Positions 26,160 to 38,974 of a DNA stretch of 64,000 nt are shown here, in pieces. The position numbers and the translations under genes are program-made. The DNA comes from Lama glama (taxonomy: Eukaryota): contig CM052817.1 of NCBI GenBank assembly GCA_028534125.1, positions 62,622,001 through 62,686,000 of the forward strand, written 5' to 3'. Position 1 is the first letter of the stretch, and every line of letters begins with the position of its first letter. A model generated the notes under the pieces. The model was not told where the DNA came from and did not search any database. It saw only the letters and a list, made by a program, of their open reading frames with translations.

Positions 26160-26635
26160 AGCTCTTCATCCTACTTAAAATAAAAAGGCCCCACAATTCA
26201 GCCTCCGCTTATGTATTTGACCACACCTCCTGTCACTGTCCCCGACCTTACTCTGCTCCAGTCACACCAGGCTCCGTGCCGTCTCTTGCACACACTGGAC
26301 CTACCCCCACTTGGAGGCTTGGTGCACACGTGCCCCGTGCCCTCGGCGCTCCTTTCTTCCCTGTGTCCCCACGGACCTCCCTCACCCCGCCCCGTCCCCG
26401 CTCAGACGGCCTCTCTCTCAGAACAGCCCCTGAGGTCACTGTTTCCCACACGGCTCTCCTACAGTCTCTCATAGTACACATCTTTGCTCTTCTTGACTCT
26501 CCACTTTCTCCACAGAATAATAGCTAGTTAAGGGCACATAAGCCTGCCCCCTTTGTCCACAGCTTTATCCTTTTTTAGGTTAGAACAGTGCCTGGCACAC
26601 AGGAGACACTGAATTCTTGGTGAGTAAATGAATGC
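26160..26635 (+). mobile_element. L2a-like 3' end, unusually GC/CpG-rich
   Basis: CTCTGCTCCAGTCACACCAGG...TAGAACAGTGCCTGGCACACAGG...GAGTAAATGAATG. Confidence 0.75.
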
Positions 26636-26710
26636 AAATGTGGAATAAGCAAATAAATTAAAAATATTATTCAGACGAGTATCTGTCTCATAGCTTTAGC
26701 TGCAAAGCAG

Positions 26711-26810
26711 ACGCCTCCCCCTGTTGTCCAGGGAGGGGTTTGGCTGGAACGCGTCTCCCCGTGCGCAGCGCCGCCCACGCGCCCAGCCCCAGTCCGCAAG
26801 GCGCGCGGAG
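26711..26810. promoter_or_regulatory. Small CpG-dense patch with EGR1-type motif
   Basis: About 13 CpG in 100 bp; CGCCCACGC at 26772-26780 (GCGTGGGCG on the - strand); function inferred only. Confidence 0.35.
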
Positions 26811-26859
26811 CCTCTCCTCTGGCCCACTGCTTCCAGTCCCTCCTGGGGAAGCTCTAGCT

Positions 26860-27520
26860 TAGCCGAAATATTTCTCAGACTGACACTTTTCTCGTGCTGC
26901 TGCCACTGCTTAGTTCAAGCCCTGGTCATATATTATTCAGAATTTTATAATAGTTGATTTAATGTTCCCTCTACCCCGTTCTATCTATACTACTCTCATT
27001 CTTCTTAACGCATGTAACAAATACATGAGATTTATAGATCAGAGCATGTCTCTTCCTTCATCAAAATTCTTCCATGGCCCTATGTGGTCCATAAAAAGAA
27101 GGGAAAGAAAGAAACTATTTGCATACCATGCAAGGTCTCATACTCACTTCCTTCCTCTGTATTTCTGCCCTCTAGTCACAGTGAATTATGTGTGGTTTCC
27201 TGATCTTTTCCGCTCTGTGTTTGCATATTCTGTTCCTGCTGCTTGGAAGGCACTTTCCCTCCCATTTGGCCTAATGTTACTTCCTGACTCACACCAAGTT
27301 GCTGTTCTATGAGGCCTGCTTAGAACTCACCAATGACACTTTCTCCTCTTTATCACCTTTGAAGCACCGTTCATACTGTTATACTGTTTTAAATGCTTCC
27401 ATTAGGCTGTAAGGCCTTCAAAGAAAAGGAATCTATTATATACTGTTTTTCTTATATTTTTAATTCTTAGTACATCCTTCAATGCTTGGCACATAATATG
27501 GTCTTAAGAGTTGAATATAT
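26860..27520 (+). mobile_element. L2 LINE remnant
   Basis: Translates LVQALVIYYSEFYNS, resembling L2 ORF2 LVQALIISRLDYCNS; TTTGCATATTCTGTTCCTGCTGCTTGGAA; ATGCTTGGCACATAAT end. Confidence 0.75.
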
Positions 27521-28177
27521 GAAGAACATTTTAGTGCAAATGAGACTAATTTCACTCCTGTCATATTTTTAAGCCCTCTGGTTTATTTTTTAAATGTTAC
27601 ATAAACTCTAGTTCCTCTAGTGTTCCTTGGATAATACGCATATATCTAAGAAAAATCTTTCTCCAAAGCTAAACTTTTGAAAATGACCAAAACTTGAAAT
27701 ACATTTTACGGCCAAAACACTCCTTTTTTTTTTCCAAACCAGAAAAGAACTCACAAGAAATGGAATGATTGCTTTAATTATTGGTTCAGAATTATATACC
27801 TTAATTTTCTTTGTACACTTAATTTTATTTCATTAAACATACCATAAGAATATTTTTAGTGTAAGTTTCATTTAATTGCATTACATATTTAAGGTTTTTA
27901 CATGCATGGAGCACAGTTTTCCCCCCAAAATATAGCTATAATTTTTCATAGGGCCTCCGAGCCAGTCTTAATGTCACAGCCCTGATCCCAGGGAAACACA
28001 GTGCTTTGTTTTCTGTGCTCCGTTAATGAGACCACAGGGAACTAAAGTTGCACAAAGAAAAAGATCAGTTAAGAGACAGATGATTCTTTCTGATATTGTG
28101 GGAACATGGTCTCTACACGATTTTTAATTCTGTTTTTTAATCAGTCTTCAGAGAACCTTCCATTTAGATTTATGGAT

Positions 28178-28610
28178 TGTGGCAGCCATGAAAATGTGCC
28201 ACTCAAATGTCCTGCTGTGAGGAGTATAATGGACTGTTGGCCCCAGCTGCCGCCCCTTCGGATCCAACGTGGTGTTTGCTGCCAAGCCCCGCTTCCCAGG
28301 GCTGCTCCCTAGCACACTGAACGTGCTGCAGTCCTTCCGCAGGCCTGTCGAGGGAGACACAGGACTCCTCTCATGGATGACTTTGGCCTGAGGACTCCCT
28401 AAGGGCCTGACCAAACCTTTCCTGCGACTGTACTGGAGTCAGACTTTCTGTCCCACCCTCCTTCCTTCCCTCTCTCACTTCACAGGCATCAGACCTGCAC
28501 TGTGGCATTAAGTCTCCCTCTGCCACCTTCTGCTCAGCTGGCAATCAGTGCTGTGTACATTCACATCAGCCCTGTTGACATTCACTTCTTGGCAGACCCA
28601 GACTAAGGCG
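28178..28610 (+). mobile_element. ERVL solo LTR, LTR16A-like
   Basis: Starts TGTGGCAGCCATGAAAATGTGCCACTCAAATGTCCTGCTG...GGCCCCAGCTGC; ends CTTCTTGGCAGACCCAGACTAAGG. Confidence 0.8.
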
Positions 28611-29192
28611 TATGTCAGGGAGGGCTGGCTCTTTTTACTGTCACGGAAAGTCTGCCATATAAAAGTAGAGAGAGAACAGGGGAGATGAGAAGATCTGTAC
28701 ACTGTTTCTTAAGGATGTTTCAGTACTTCCAGATTATTATCCATTTATTCATTCATTCAGTGTTTTCTGAATGACTAGAATATACAGGAAATCTTCACAA
28801 TATTTGGGATCAAAGACAAAACTCCTACACTTTACTGTCTTCCTTTCTACTCTCAATATTATTCTTTCCTTATTTTTATGTCATGATTCATCAGTATTGA
28901 ACTACTATCCCTCTGGACATGTTATAATAACCTAAATCCACACCTAAATCCAAGTTGCTTCCCTGCTTAGACTACCTCTTTCTACTCCTTGCTGCACACC
29001 TAAATCTAGTACCTTTCCCAGCCTCTGCCTACTTAGAGTTTCCTACCCAGGCTCTAGCCCTCAGCTCAGACTCCATCTGCTGTGTGAGGACTTCCATGAT
29101 CCTTTAAAGTGATTCAAATGCTCCCAGGAATGCTTAGTATCTAGTTTTTAAAGCAGTAGTCTAGTAAAAAAATAATCTTTAAAAGCTAAAGA

Positions 29193-29366
29193 TAAATAAT
29201 AAGTTTCTTCTGTAGAACACAGGGAACTATATTCAACATCTTGTAGTAATCTCTCATGAAAACGAATATGAAAACGAATATATATATGTATATGTATGAC
29301 TGAAACATTATGCTGTCCATCAGAAATGGACACATTGTAACTGACTATAATTCAGTAAAAAAAAAA
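29193..29366 (+). mobile_element. Young 5'-truncated L1 3' end (camelid-type) with TSD
   Basis: CACAGGGAACTATATTCAA...GACACATTGTAACTGACTATAATTCAGT plus poly(A); exact 12-bp TSD AAAAGCTAAAGA at 29181-29192 and 29367-29378; TT|AAAA site. Confidence 0.92.
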
Positions 29367-30714
29367 AAAAGCTAAAGAAAACATACGGAGGAATATGGTT
29401 GTTACCAATAATGTTTCATATCATACCTCTTATGTTTTGTGGTTCCACAATTTTTTATATGAAGGTCATTTAAACACATTCTTACAACTATAGATGCTCT
29501 GTCCCCTATGCTCCCAATGCACTTTGTATCTGCTATCATCATAAACATTTTCAGAGCATAGTCTGTGGTTTGAGTGCACAATTTTCTTGCTGTGAGAATC
29601 TTAAGTTCTCTGATCACAGGAACAGATGCCTTTCATCTTTGAATCCCTAGTGTCAAAACAGCCACTAAATAAATATCTGTTTAATGAATGAAGAAGGTCC
29701 CAGTTAGTGGGGGAGATCTATACATGCACAGATAGTTGTAATTCATTTAGACAAACTCTTTCATGGAATATAAATTATTTGTTGTTCACAATAAAGCAAC
29801 TCTATATCAGAAAAGACACATCTCAGGGTCTTGGAAGCAGAATGTCTCTACCAGAGATCAGTAGAATTCAATATGTATTTTTTCTCCCCAACAGCTCATT
29901 ATTTTAGTTATCTATGATTTATTTTAATAATCCTTGCTTTATCTTTATATAATGCTATAATGAATTGGGTGAATTAAATTAGAAGTATTTGTGAAAAGAA
30001 AGGACCTGCTTATTGAAAAATTGCATATTTATTTTCTAATGATTTCTAATCATATTGGTACAGGGTTCTATAACTTTTGCTTTGCAAATGGAAAAGGTAC
30101 CCTACACTTTTTAATATGACCATCTATTTATACTCTGGGATGGAAAAGACACAACTCATATCTAAAAAATTTCATAAGCCAAAGACCACTCCCTCCCATA
30201 AAATGTAAATTGTGAAGGATTAAAAAAATATTTCTTGTGTCTTAAATGTGCCACTTTTCCAAGTTCCAGTGTATATTTTATAAACTTTATGCAAAGAAGA
30301 GCAACGTCAGTATTAAAATTTAAAATGGTCTTTTTTCCTTTTGAATGATTTTGCTTATTTGATATCAACTTATTTGCTAGACACCAAAACTAAATATAAT
30401 TAATTTTCATATATGAGTTATATATAAATACTGTTAAATATATCATTTGTAAGGCCCTCTTAACATATATGTGGCATAGCCATTTTTATAACACTCCTTT
30501 TACTGGAAAGAATGGACGAATAACTCGAATAACATTTTCTTGACCTACTTCAAAAACTAACGGCTGCTTATTACTGTGGTGTGTTGGGTAGAATTCTGAA
30601 GCTAGAAAAGCCCCCCAAACACGAAGAGCTGAGCATACGTCTTCCTCTCTATATTCAGTCCCCAGATTGCCTTTTACTATAAACAAAATCGCTGTGATGA
30701 TCTAGAAGCCACAC

Positions 30715-31130
30715 CTAGGGGAGCTCGTCGGGGTTAACGTGTAAGGCGAGAGCCACTAAAAGGACAGCTGACGTGCAGAGGCCGCGGCTTCCGGAAAAGC
30801 GCGGTCACACCTCCCCATCCACTGCTCCGCGACGCCAGATTCAGATCCCGGCTGACATGCCTGATGGAGTTGGGGCCGGTGACAAATCTGATTTATCTGG
30901 GTGTTCTTCTTCAGCTTCCATAAAGGACCTGCTGATGTGGTGACATATTAGTCACCCGCCTCTGGAGCAGTTTCTTCTGCTGGTGGCGGAGCCTCTGTTC
31001 AGCAGGGCTATAAATTTCTCTTAGAAGCAATGTCATGTTTCCGTTCTGTGTGAAGACTCTGTTAGGTCCTCTGTCAAGCAAATCCCCCGACATCCATTTT
31101 CCCGAAGTCAAGATGTCTGGCTCGACCACA
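30715..31130. promoter_or_regulatory. Candidate enhancer/promoter-like CpG-enriched segment
   Basis: About 15 CpG in 30721-30880; CAGCTGACGTG, TTCCGGAA, TATAAA at 31009-31014; not recognisable as a repeat. Confidence 0.4.
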
Positions 31131-32615
31131 ATTTAGTTAATTAAGGAGAATGCTTCACAAAACGCTGATGGAGTGCGGGAGGAGGGGCTGGGGCTGTGTG
31201 AGGAAACAGTGGGGCTTGCAATTTTATAATTGAAGTAAAATTAGAATTGAAATGTATCATTAAGTATTATTGCCCCTAATAACATCTAAAGCACTGTTCT
31301 GTTCTCTTCTGCCTCAAAATCTAATGATTGTCCAACCAAAACTGCCTTCTCTGTAGTAACTTTTTTAAAGAAACCATTTTATTCGTGGAGGTGCTTTCTT
31401 TCACAGAGTCCAGAACTTCCCTCTAATTTAGACCACTGGGAGTTAAATGGTTCATCACTCGCATCCTCCCCCTTATTTTACCCTCTACATCTCATTTTTT
31501 TTTCCCTCCTACCATAACTGAACTGTATCTCCCATCACACATCTACTGTGCATGTTGTTGGCAGCTCCAGAAGAATCTTTTCCTCTTTTTTTTTCCCCCT
31601 TACACCTCTAGGCTAATGTAAATTTTATTCTTAATGTTTCTTCCTATTTGGCAATGTATTAAGCTAAAATTTTAAAGAAAAATAGTATTAACACCAAAAT
31701 AAACACTTTGCTTGTTCTTTGCAACTGTGACGCTAGTATACATAATTATGGCTCCTGTTAAATAACATGCTCTTGGACAGTACACTTTGCCATGCTTTCC
31801 TTTTCCCTCATACTCAGCTGTTTATTTTTATTTTAACTGTGTTTTTACATGAAGATGCATTTAAAATTGAGCAAGCTGTCTTAGTGGTATGAAAAGTTTA
31901 TAGCATCCTCTTAGGTACACTATAATGACCATAGTTCCTTTATCTTGGCAAATATTAGGTGTGAACATTCAAGAGAATTATCCTGCGCCACCTTTCATAT
32001 TTAACTGAATCATGGGAGTTTCCTTTTGGCTAATAACCATCAATATTATTTAATTCATATTGTTAAATAAAGCTATTTTAAAACATCTTCATTTCATCAG
32101 AAGTTTACAAGAGAAAAAACAATGATGTTACTCTGTTTTAGAATATTTCATCCTAATATGAGGAATTTGTTCTTATGCATGAATAAGCTAGCAGAGCATG
32201 TATTACAGTATTTGACATTTAATAAACATCAAATATACTATGGAAGTATTAAAATCACTTTATAATACAGATGTATCATGTCTTTATTAACAATCATCAA
32301 TAGCTTAATTCTCCTGATCAATAGTGTACACCTTCCAGTCCTGCCTGGTATAACCATGACTGACTGAAATAGGAACGGTGAGGTTTCTGTCAGGTACCCT
32401 GTTACAAGGCACACGTGGCTGGCTGGCCCCTTCTGATCCAAGGTTAATGATTATACACATGTACTTAGGAAAGCTGATTCTTGTGCTCCCTCTTAATCTG
32501 TTCCCACCTAACCAAATTATTTGTTACAAACTTTATGATAAAAAGGGGGTTATTTGAAAACAACCAAACCCATCATGTGAAGTGAATATTGTAGGAGTTT
32601 AAAAATCTGTGGAAT

Positions 32616-35600
32616 GAGAATTCCTGCTGCTCAGCATTCTTGCCAGCATTTAGCATTGTCTGATGAAAAGATACATATTTTTTAACATTCTAATAGGCAT
32701 GTAGTGGTACTCAGTGTAGTTTTAGTGTGCATTTCCTAATAACTAACGCTGTTGAGTGTCCTTTTATATGCATGTTTGACACCCTTGTATTTTCTTTAAT
32801 GATGTCTGTTCAGATCCTTTGTCCATTTTGTAACGGGGCTGCTGGTTTTCTTATTGTTGAATTTCAAGCATATATTCTGAATGGGCAATTTGCAAAAATT
32901 TTCTCTTAGTCTGTGTATTGTGGTTTCATTCTCTTAAGGGTTCATTTCCATAGCAAAATATTTAACTTGATAGAAGTCCGATTTATTATATTTTTAATTT
33001 TATGGTGCATACTTTTGGTGTATGTAAAACCAACTCATCAAACCTTAAGTCACATAGATTTTTTCCAGTATCTTCTTTTAGGTGTTTTACATTTATGTCT
33101 ATGGTCCATTTTAGTGAATTTTTTTTAAGCTGTAAGGTATGAGTCAAGGCTTATTGTTTATATGGATATCCAAATGTCCCAAGCACAATTTGCTCAAAGG
33201 CTCTTTTCTCCAACGAGTTAATCTGAAACTTTGACAACAGTCAATTGATTATAATTGCCGGGTCAATTCCTGGACTCTCTGTTATGTTCCACTGAATTAT
33301 CTGTCTATCCCTATAATAAGTCTTGAAACCATGTAATGAGAGTTTTCTCACTTTGTTTTACTTTTTCGGAATGATTTTGCTCTTGTAGTTACTTTGATGT
33401 TCCATATAAATTTTGGATTAAGCATGTCTGTGTCCACAAAACACTTGCTTGGATTTTGAATAAGATGACATTGAATTTATACATCAAACTGGGGAGAATT
33501 GTGGTCTTAGCAATATCAAGTCTTCCAATCCATGAAGAGTGCACATCTTTCCATTTATTTAGACCTTTGATTTCTATTTTCAGTGCTTTGTACTTTTCAG
33601 CCTATGTACCCCTGTGCATATTTTGTTCATTGCTAGTGCAAATGAAAACTGGTACAACACTTTGGAAAACAGCTTCTTATAAAGGTAAACATACATTTAC
33701 CATACAAGCCAGCAATCCTGTTCCTATTTATTCAATAAAATAAAAACATGTGCATACCATAATTTATATGAGAATATATATAGCATCTTTATTCATAATT
33801 GCCAAAATCTGAAAGCAACTAAGCTGTTGGCAGCCTGTGGATGGATAAACAAATGTTACAATGGAACACTGCTTAGTAATAAAAGGAGTGAAGGGGCGAT
33901 TCATGCAACAGGGAGGAAGTCTAAGTACATGATGTTGGAGCCTAAAGACTGAGTATTGCATGTAGTTCCATTTATTTCATCCTCTGAAAATATATAATTG
34001 TAAGGATGGAAAGCAGTCCATTAGTGGCCAAGGGCTGGTGACATATGGCAGCACAAGTGAATTTTTTAGGGTGTTGGAACTGTGCTGTAAGAAACTTTGG
34101 TGATAGACACAGGACTGAATGCATTTCTCAAAATCAATAAACCTGTACATTATGAAATGAGAACTTTAATGTATTCAAATTTTAAGAAAATCAACCAGGA
34201 TATTGGAGGATCCCATGATGTAATTCTTTGATAATAAATCTACCTGCAAATGTATGGTGTAATCTCACTGAAAAAGATGGAGAAAAGGAACTGAAATAAG
34301 TAACTTCAGGAAATAGTGTTTTGACTGAATACTATAAGGCTACCTACCAAAAAACAAACAAACAAAATGTTTTTTTTAACCATAAAAGAAGAACTCTGTA
34401 CCTATTAAACACTGTATTCTGGTTGATAAATTTATTCTCACAGATTCATGAGTTAGCAATTCTGAAACAATTTTACATGTTCACTAGGTTTGACATAGAT
34501 TGTCAATAATGAGGTCCAGGTTTTTCACTGTCAGGAAAGTTACAAAGGAAAAAAAAGGGGAGGGGGGACTAGGATGAACTGCGGTGCTGCATTAGAGCTG
34601 GAGATTTAAGTGTGAAGACATGCTTATTTGAATATGGATGCTGATAGACAAAATACTGAAATAAATGTAGATATGTACATCTACTTGGGAACTATAGATA
34701 CATGCATTTCCTAAGTCTTTATTGAAGGGGTCCAGCATCAGTGAAATTTCAGTAGCAAGGAGCTATTGACTAGGACTCCAATATTAGTTTCTAAACATCA
34801 GTCTCTATTAAAAGAAAACGGGTCACTGGAGAAATGGCTCATTCTATGAACCTAAGCTTGGGCAAGGAATATATAATATGAACCTAAAGCATCCTGCAGG
34901 GCCAATAAGTGAGGGAGCTAAAAAAATTTTTTTTCTAAAGGTGGGCCATATCAAAAGGACACAGAAGTCAATCTGAAAGAGCTTCCAATAACCAGATCTG
35001 GAAGAGTTTGAGCAAGAAAACAGATAACAATAGTTATAAATTGTAAGCCAAGAATAACATAAATATCCACAAGCCCAAACTGATAAAAGTGAACGATAGA
35101 ATAAATAAATGAGGGAAGAAGGACAACTATTCCTTTCAGAAGATTTCAAACTAATATATATAGAAGTACTGAAAGGAATGGAAAATCATAGATGGGTACT
35201 AAAATTAGAGGATAAAAAAGCAGAGACTAGTATTTACATATCCACAAAGTATCTCCCACAAAATAATTACCATGGTGGTTTGAACATATGTCCACAAATC
35301 CTTTGATACTCTCCTCCCAGGAAATGGAGCTTAATTCCCCCTCCGTTTGAGTGTGGGCTGAATTTAGTGACTCACTTCTAACAAATATAGAAAGAGAAAA
35401 AGAGTAAGTTTGCAGGGAAGAAACTGGGCTGACACCACCATCGCCAAGTGGCCAAGGTTAAATCACCAGTAAGCAGTGATGCGGTTGTCATACACCCCCT
35501 GATATGATGCCGTGAGAAAAGCACTTCACCTCCGCTTTTTCTTCCCCCAAATCTATGCTCTCAATCTAACCAAGAGAAACATCAAAAAAACACACAGGAA

Positions 35601-35966
35601 GGACAGTCTAAAAATACCCGATAAGCATTCTTCAAAAGTGCCAAGGTCATGAAAAATAGAGGAGGACTGAGAAACTGTCATAGAATAAAGGAGACTACGG
35701 CAACATGAGGACTAAATTCAGTGTGATGCCCTGGGTTGAATTCTGGAACAGGAAGCTTATATAAGCAGAAAACTGATGGGCTCTGAATAAAATGTGTAGT
35801 TTAATTAGTCTTTTTGTGCCAATGTTAGTTTCTTAGTTTTGAGAAATATGCCATAAGATGGTATCATTCAGGGTACCCTGGATGAAGGGTACAGAGGAAC
35901 TTTCTGTACTGTCTTGTTAACTATTTTGCAAATCTAACATGACTTCAAAATGAGAAGTTTAAAAGT
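32616..35966 (+). mobile_element. Ancient L1 (L1MC/L1MD-type) with inverted 5' part
   Basis: Antisense ORF2 32616-33627, then sense ORF2 end and long 3' UTR 33626-35966; TSD ATCTGTGGAAT at 32605-32615 and 35967-35977. Confidence 0.85.
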
Positions 35967-36903
35967 ATCTGTGGAATTATCTTCTGCACATTCAAAATTG
36001 CTAGTCGGCCTTTAGAGAATGGCTAGGGAAGTGTTCTCCCAGATTTGGTTCTGGACCTTTGATTTTATTGCCCCACCAGTTTTGCAGAACCTACTCAGCT
36101 GTTTCTGCATGCCACCCCCCAAATTTTATGGTAACTCCTCTCAGAATTATCATTTCTCTGTGTTAGAGACAATTTTTAATTGCAAGTAATTACTTCGTTT
36201 TCAATGATCTTTTGTAGAGTAGGTATTACAAATAATACCTGGAATTCAGAGATAAAAGTCATCCTAAGTTACGTGATTCCTGGATTTGGTTTGAAATGTG
36301 TTTGTGTGTAGTTAGGGACTGTTTTGAAAAGACACAGAGGCCTGGGAGGACATGGTACAGTTTCCAGACATCGGGTTGTTGGATGAGAAGGTCATGGACA
36401 TGTGTATTTGAGTGGGTGGAAGTTGTGGATGGGAAAATGAACTGGGGCCAGATCTTGAAGAAACTAGAAACCAAACTCTGCAAATAATTTTTTTTTAACA
36501 ATGTAGGAAATAAGAAGCCATTGAAGAAGTTTAAGCAATGGGATAAGAATCACAAGATAAATTCTTCTGGCAGAATGAAGAATAATTTGCAGAAAGGTAA
36601 TTCCAGAGGGCTAACACTTACAGCCTGCACAAAAGATTAAATGAGAAGTTGAAATTTTAAGTAATTGAACTAATGGTCCTTTACCATGGCAAGGATACAT
36701 CTAAAGACGATTGCTAAAGAAATAATCAGTTTCTGATGTACAAATATGAACTTTCTTATGTCCATAACACATAAACAAAATTGAAAGATAAACACTAGCT
36801 GGAAATAGAACTGCCAGACATGTGCTGCAGGCTTGTTTTTTAAAAAACTCATGAAAATATATGAGTATACCAAGAGAAAAATTAGCAAAGATCATGAAGT
36901 GGA

Positions 36904-37352
36904 TGTTATAGGTTGAACTGTGTCCTTCCAAAATGTGTGTGTTGAAGTCCTTATGCTCAGTACCTCAGAATGTGATCTTATTTGAAAATAGGGCTTTTGC
37001 AGATGATCAAGTTAAGATGAAACCGCTGGAGTGGGATCTAATCCAACAGAGCTAGTGTCCTTATTAAAAGGGAAAGTGTGGACACAGAGACCCACGTGCA
37101 GAGAAAAGATAACGCGAAGACACAAACGGGCACCACGTGCGGACTGGAGCCCTGCTGCTGCAGACCTGAACTCCCAGAAGCTACAGGGGAGACTCGGAGT
37201 CAGTCCTTCCTTAGCATCTTCAAAGGGAGTGTGACGCCACCGACACGCTGATTTTCCACATTTAGCCTCTAAAAGTGTGAGACAATACACTTATTGAGCT
37301 TACACCACCCAGTTTGAGGTATTTTGTTATGTCAGCCCAGCACACTAATACA
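36904..37352 (+). mobile_element. MaLR LTR, MLT1B/C-like
   Basis: TGTTATAGGTTGAACTGTGTCC...GTACCTCAGAATGTGATCTTATTTGAAAATAGGG...CCACCCAGTTTGAGGTATTTTGTTATG...CTAATACA. Confidence 0.88.
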
Positions 37353-37844
37353 CTGAATTTACCAAAAACAAAGCAACACAAACGACCAGTAAAATATGAC
37401 ATATGCTACCATATTTGCCGTTAAAGAAATTCAAATCCAGAAAGTAAAATATAATCTTAATGATCAATTTAAAAAAAATGACAATAGTATGTTAAAATTA
37501 GCCCTCTTTTATACTGCCAGTGGAAGTGCAAATAGTCAGACTTAATACATGTAAAGATACACTTAATGTATTAAAGCACTTACCACAGTGATTGGTGTAT
37601 TGTAGGAACACAAGTGAAAGTTATAATACATGATGTAATTATACATCCGCATTAAAATTATACATGCTACATAATGAGAGCAATAACAATAAAGTGTCTC
37701 TGGATGGGAACTTGGCAAAATGTATCAAAGGTCTTAATAGTATACTCTGATCTATCAATTCTACTCCTAGAAATGTATTCCTTTTCTGTATTTAATACTA
37801 CCTTCTCCCTGTGAAGAAGATTAAAAAAAGGGAATAAGACGCTA

Positions 37845-38200
37845 TGAAAGAAATAAAAGTGCAGGGGGATATAGAAGGACTGGGGACTGTCTGGGATGAA
37901 TAGCCTGGGGAGTAAAATTAGTTGTGTTGTCAGGAAATTCCTCTTTTTTGAAGTGACATGTGAGCAGAAACCTGGATGAGAAGCGGAAGTCAGCCACATG
38001 AAGATCCTTGAGGAAAGAGATCTCGTCTGTGGGACCGACCAGAGCCAGGAGCTCTGATCCTGGGACACACTCTCCTGCACCATCACCAGCCACGTGGGAA
38101 TGCGAGAGAATGGCACAGACGTGTCGCTGTGCCACAAGGCACCCAGGCAAGCACGTGCCAGTGGGAGCGGCTAAGCTGAAAACCGAGCAGAGCAATTATC
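37845..38200 (-). mobile_element. L2a-like remnant, antisense
   Basis: GTCAGGAAATTCCTC...GTGACATGTGAGCAGAAACCTGGATGAG...AGCCACATGAAGATC. Confidence 0.7.
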
Positions 38201-38974
38201 TTTACCCAAAGAGGTTCACAAAGGCGTCAGAGGATGTGATTTTCGAGTAGCGTTTCAAGGAGTTAGTAGGAGTTGCCCAAGTGAGGGTAAAGGAAGCTAT
38301 TCTAAACGAATTAAATCATACGCAGAAGTGCGAATCATTTTGCAATTGTGCAAGAATTGTTGTGTCTTAGGAACGGAGAGAAAGGAAAACTGGCTGTAAG
38401 CAGGCTGTGCAGAAGACGTAAACAGAAATTGGGGTTTCTAAGCATCTGTAAAACTAGCTTGCGAAGGCTTTTGTCTGCACTGATGAGCAAATCGTATAAA
38501 AAGGATAAGAACATTACAATGGACATAACTGTCCAGTCACAAGGGTTTTAAATATCACTTCATAATTAAATTCGGAAGAGAGGTCTAAACATAATAGCGT
38601 CATGTATTGCTCCAGGAGTGTCTGAAAAAGCTCCTCCTTCCATCCAAAAAGAGTATTATGTCACGTCAGATAAGGAGGGAAATCACAAATCGCTGGGGTG
38701 AGATCTTCTTTAAGGTCCTTTTTCATAGAGCCCTGAATTCTTGATTTCTCCCAAGTGATAATACTTAATGATAAAATACATATTTCACTTTTATAAGTTG
38801 AAATGCTCTTCTGACAGTCTTAATTAGAATAAAAACTTTCCTGTTTGTACGGTTAGTCCTCAAAATGGTCATGCTTAACACAATCTAATAGCCATGAGGC
38901 CTTTTGTGACATTGGATGAATGCTGATGTCATTTTTGCTTAAAATTGCAACTTAATATAATAATGATAATAGTA

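Noticed and set aside
35270..35400. Separate MLT1-like insertion inside the L1 3' UTR
   Set aside because: Similar sequence is, as I recall, part of L1MC/MD 3' UTR consensus; it cannot be separated without alignment
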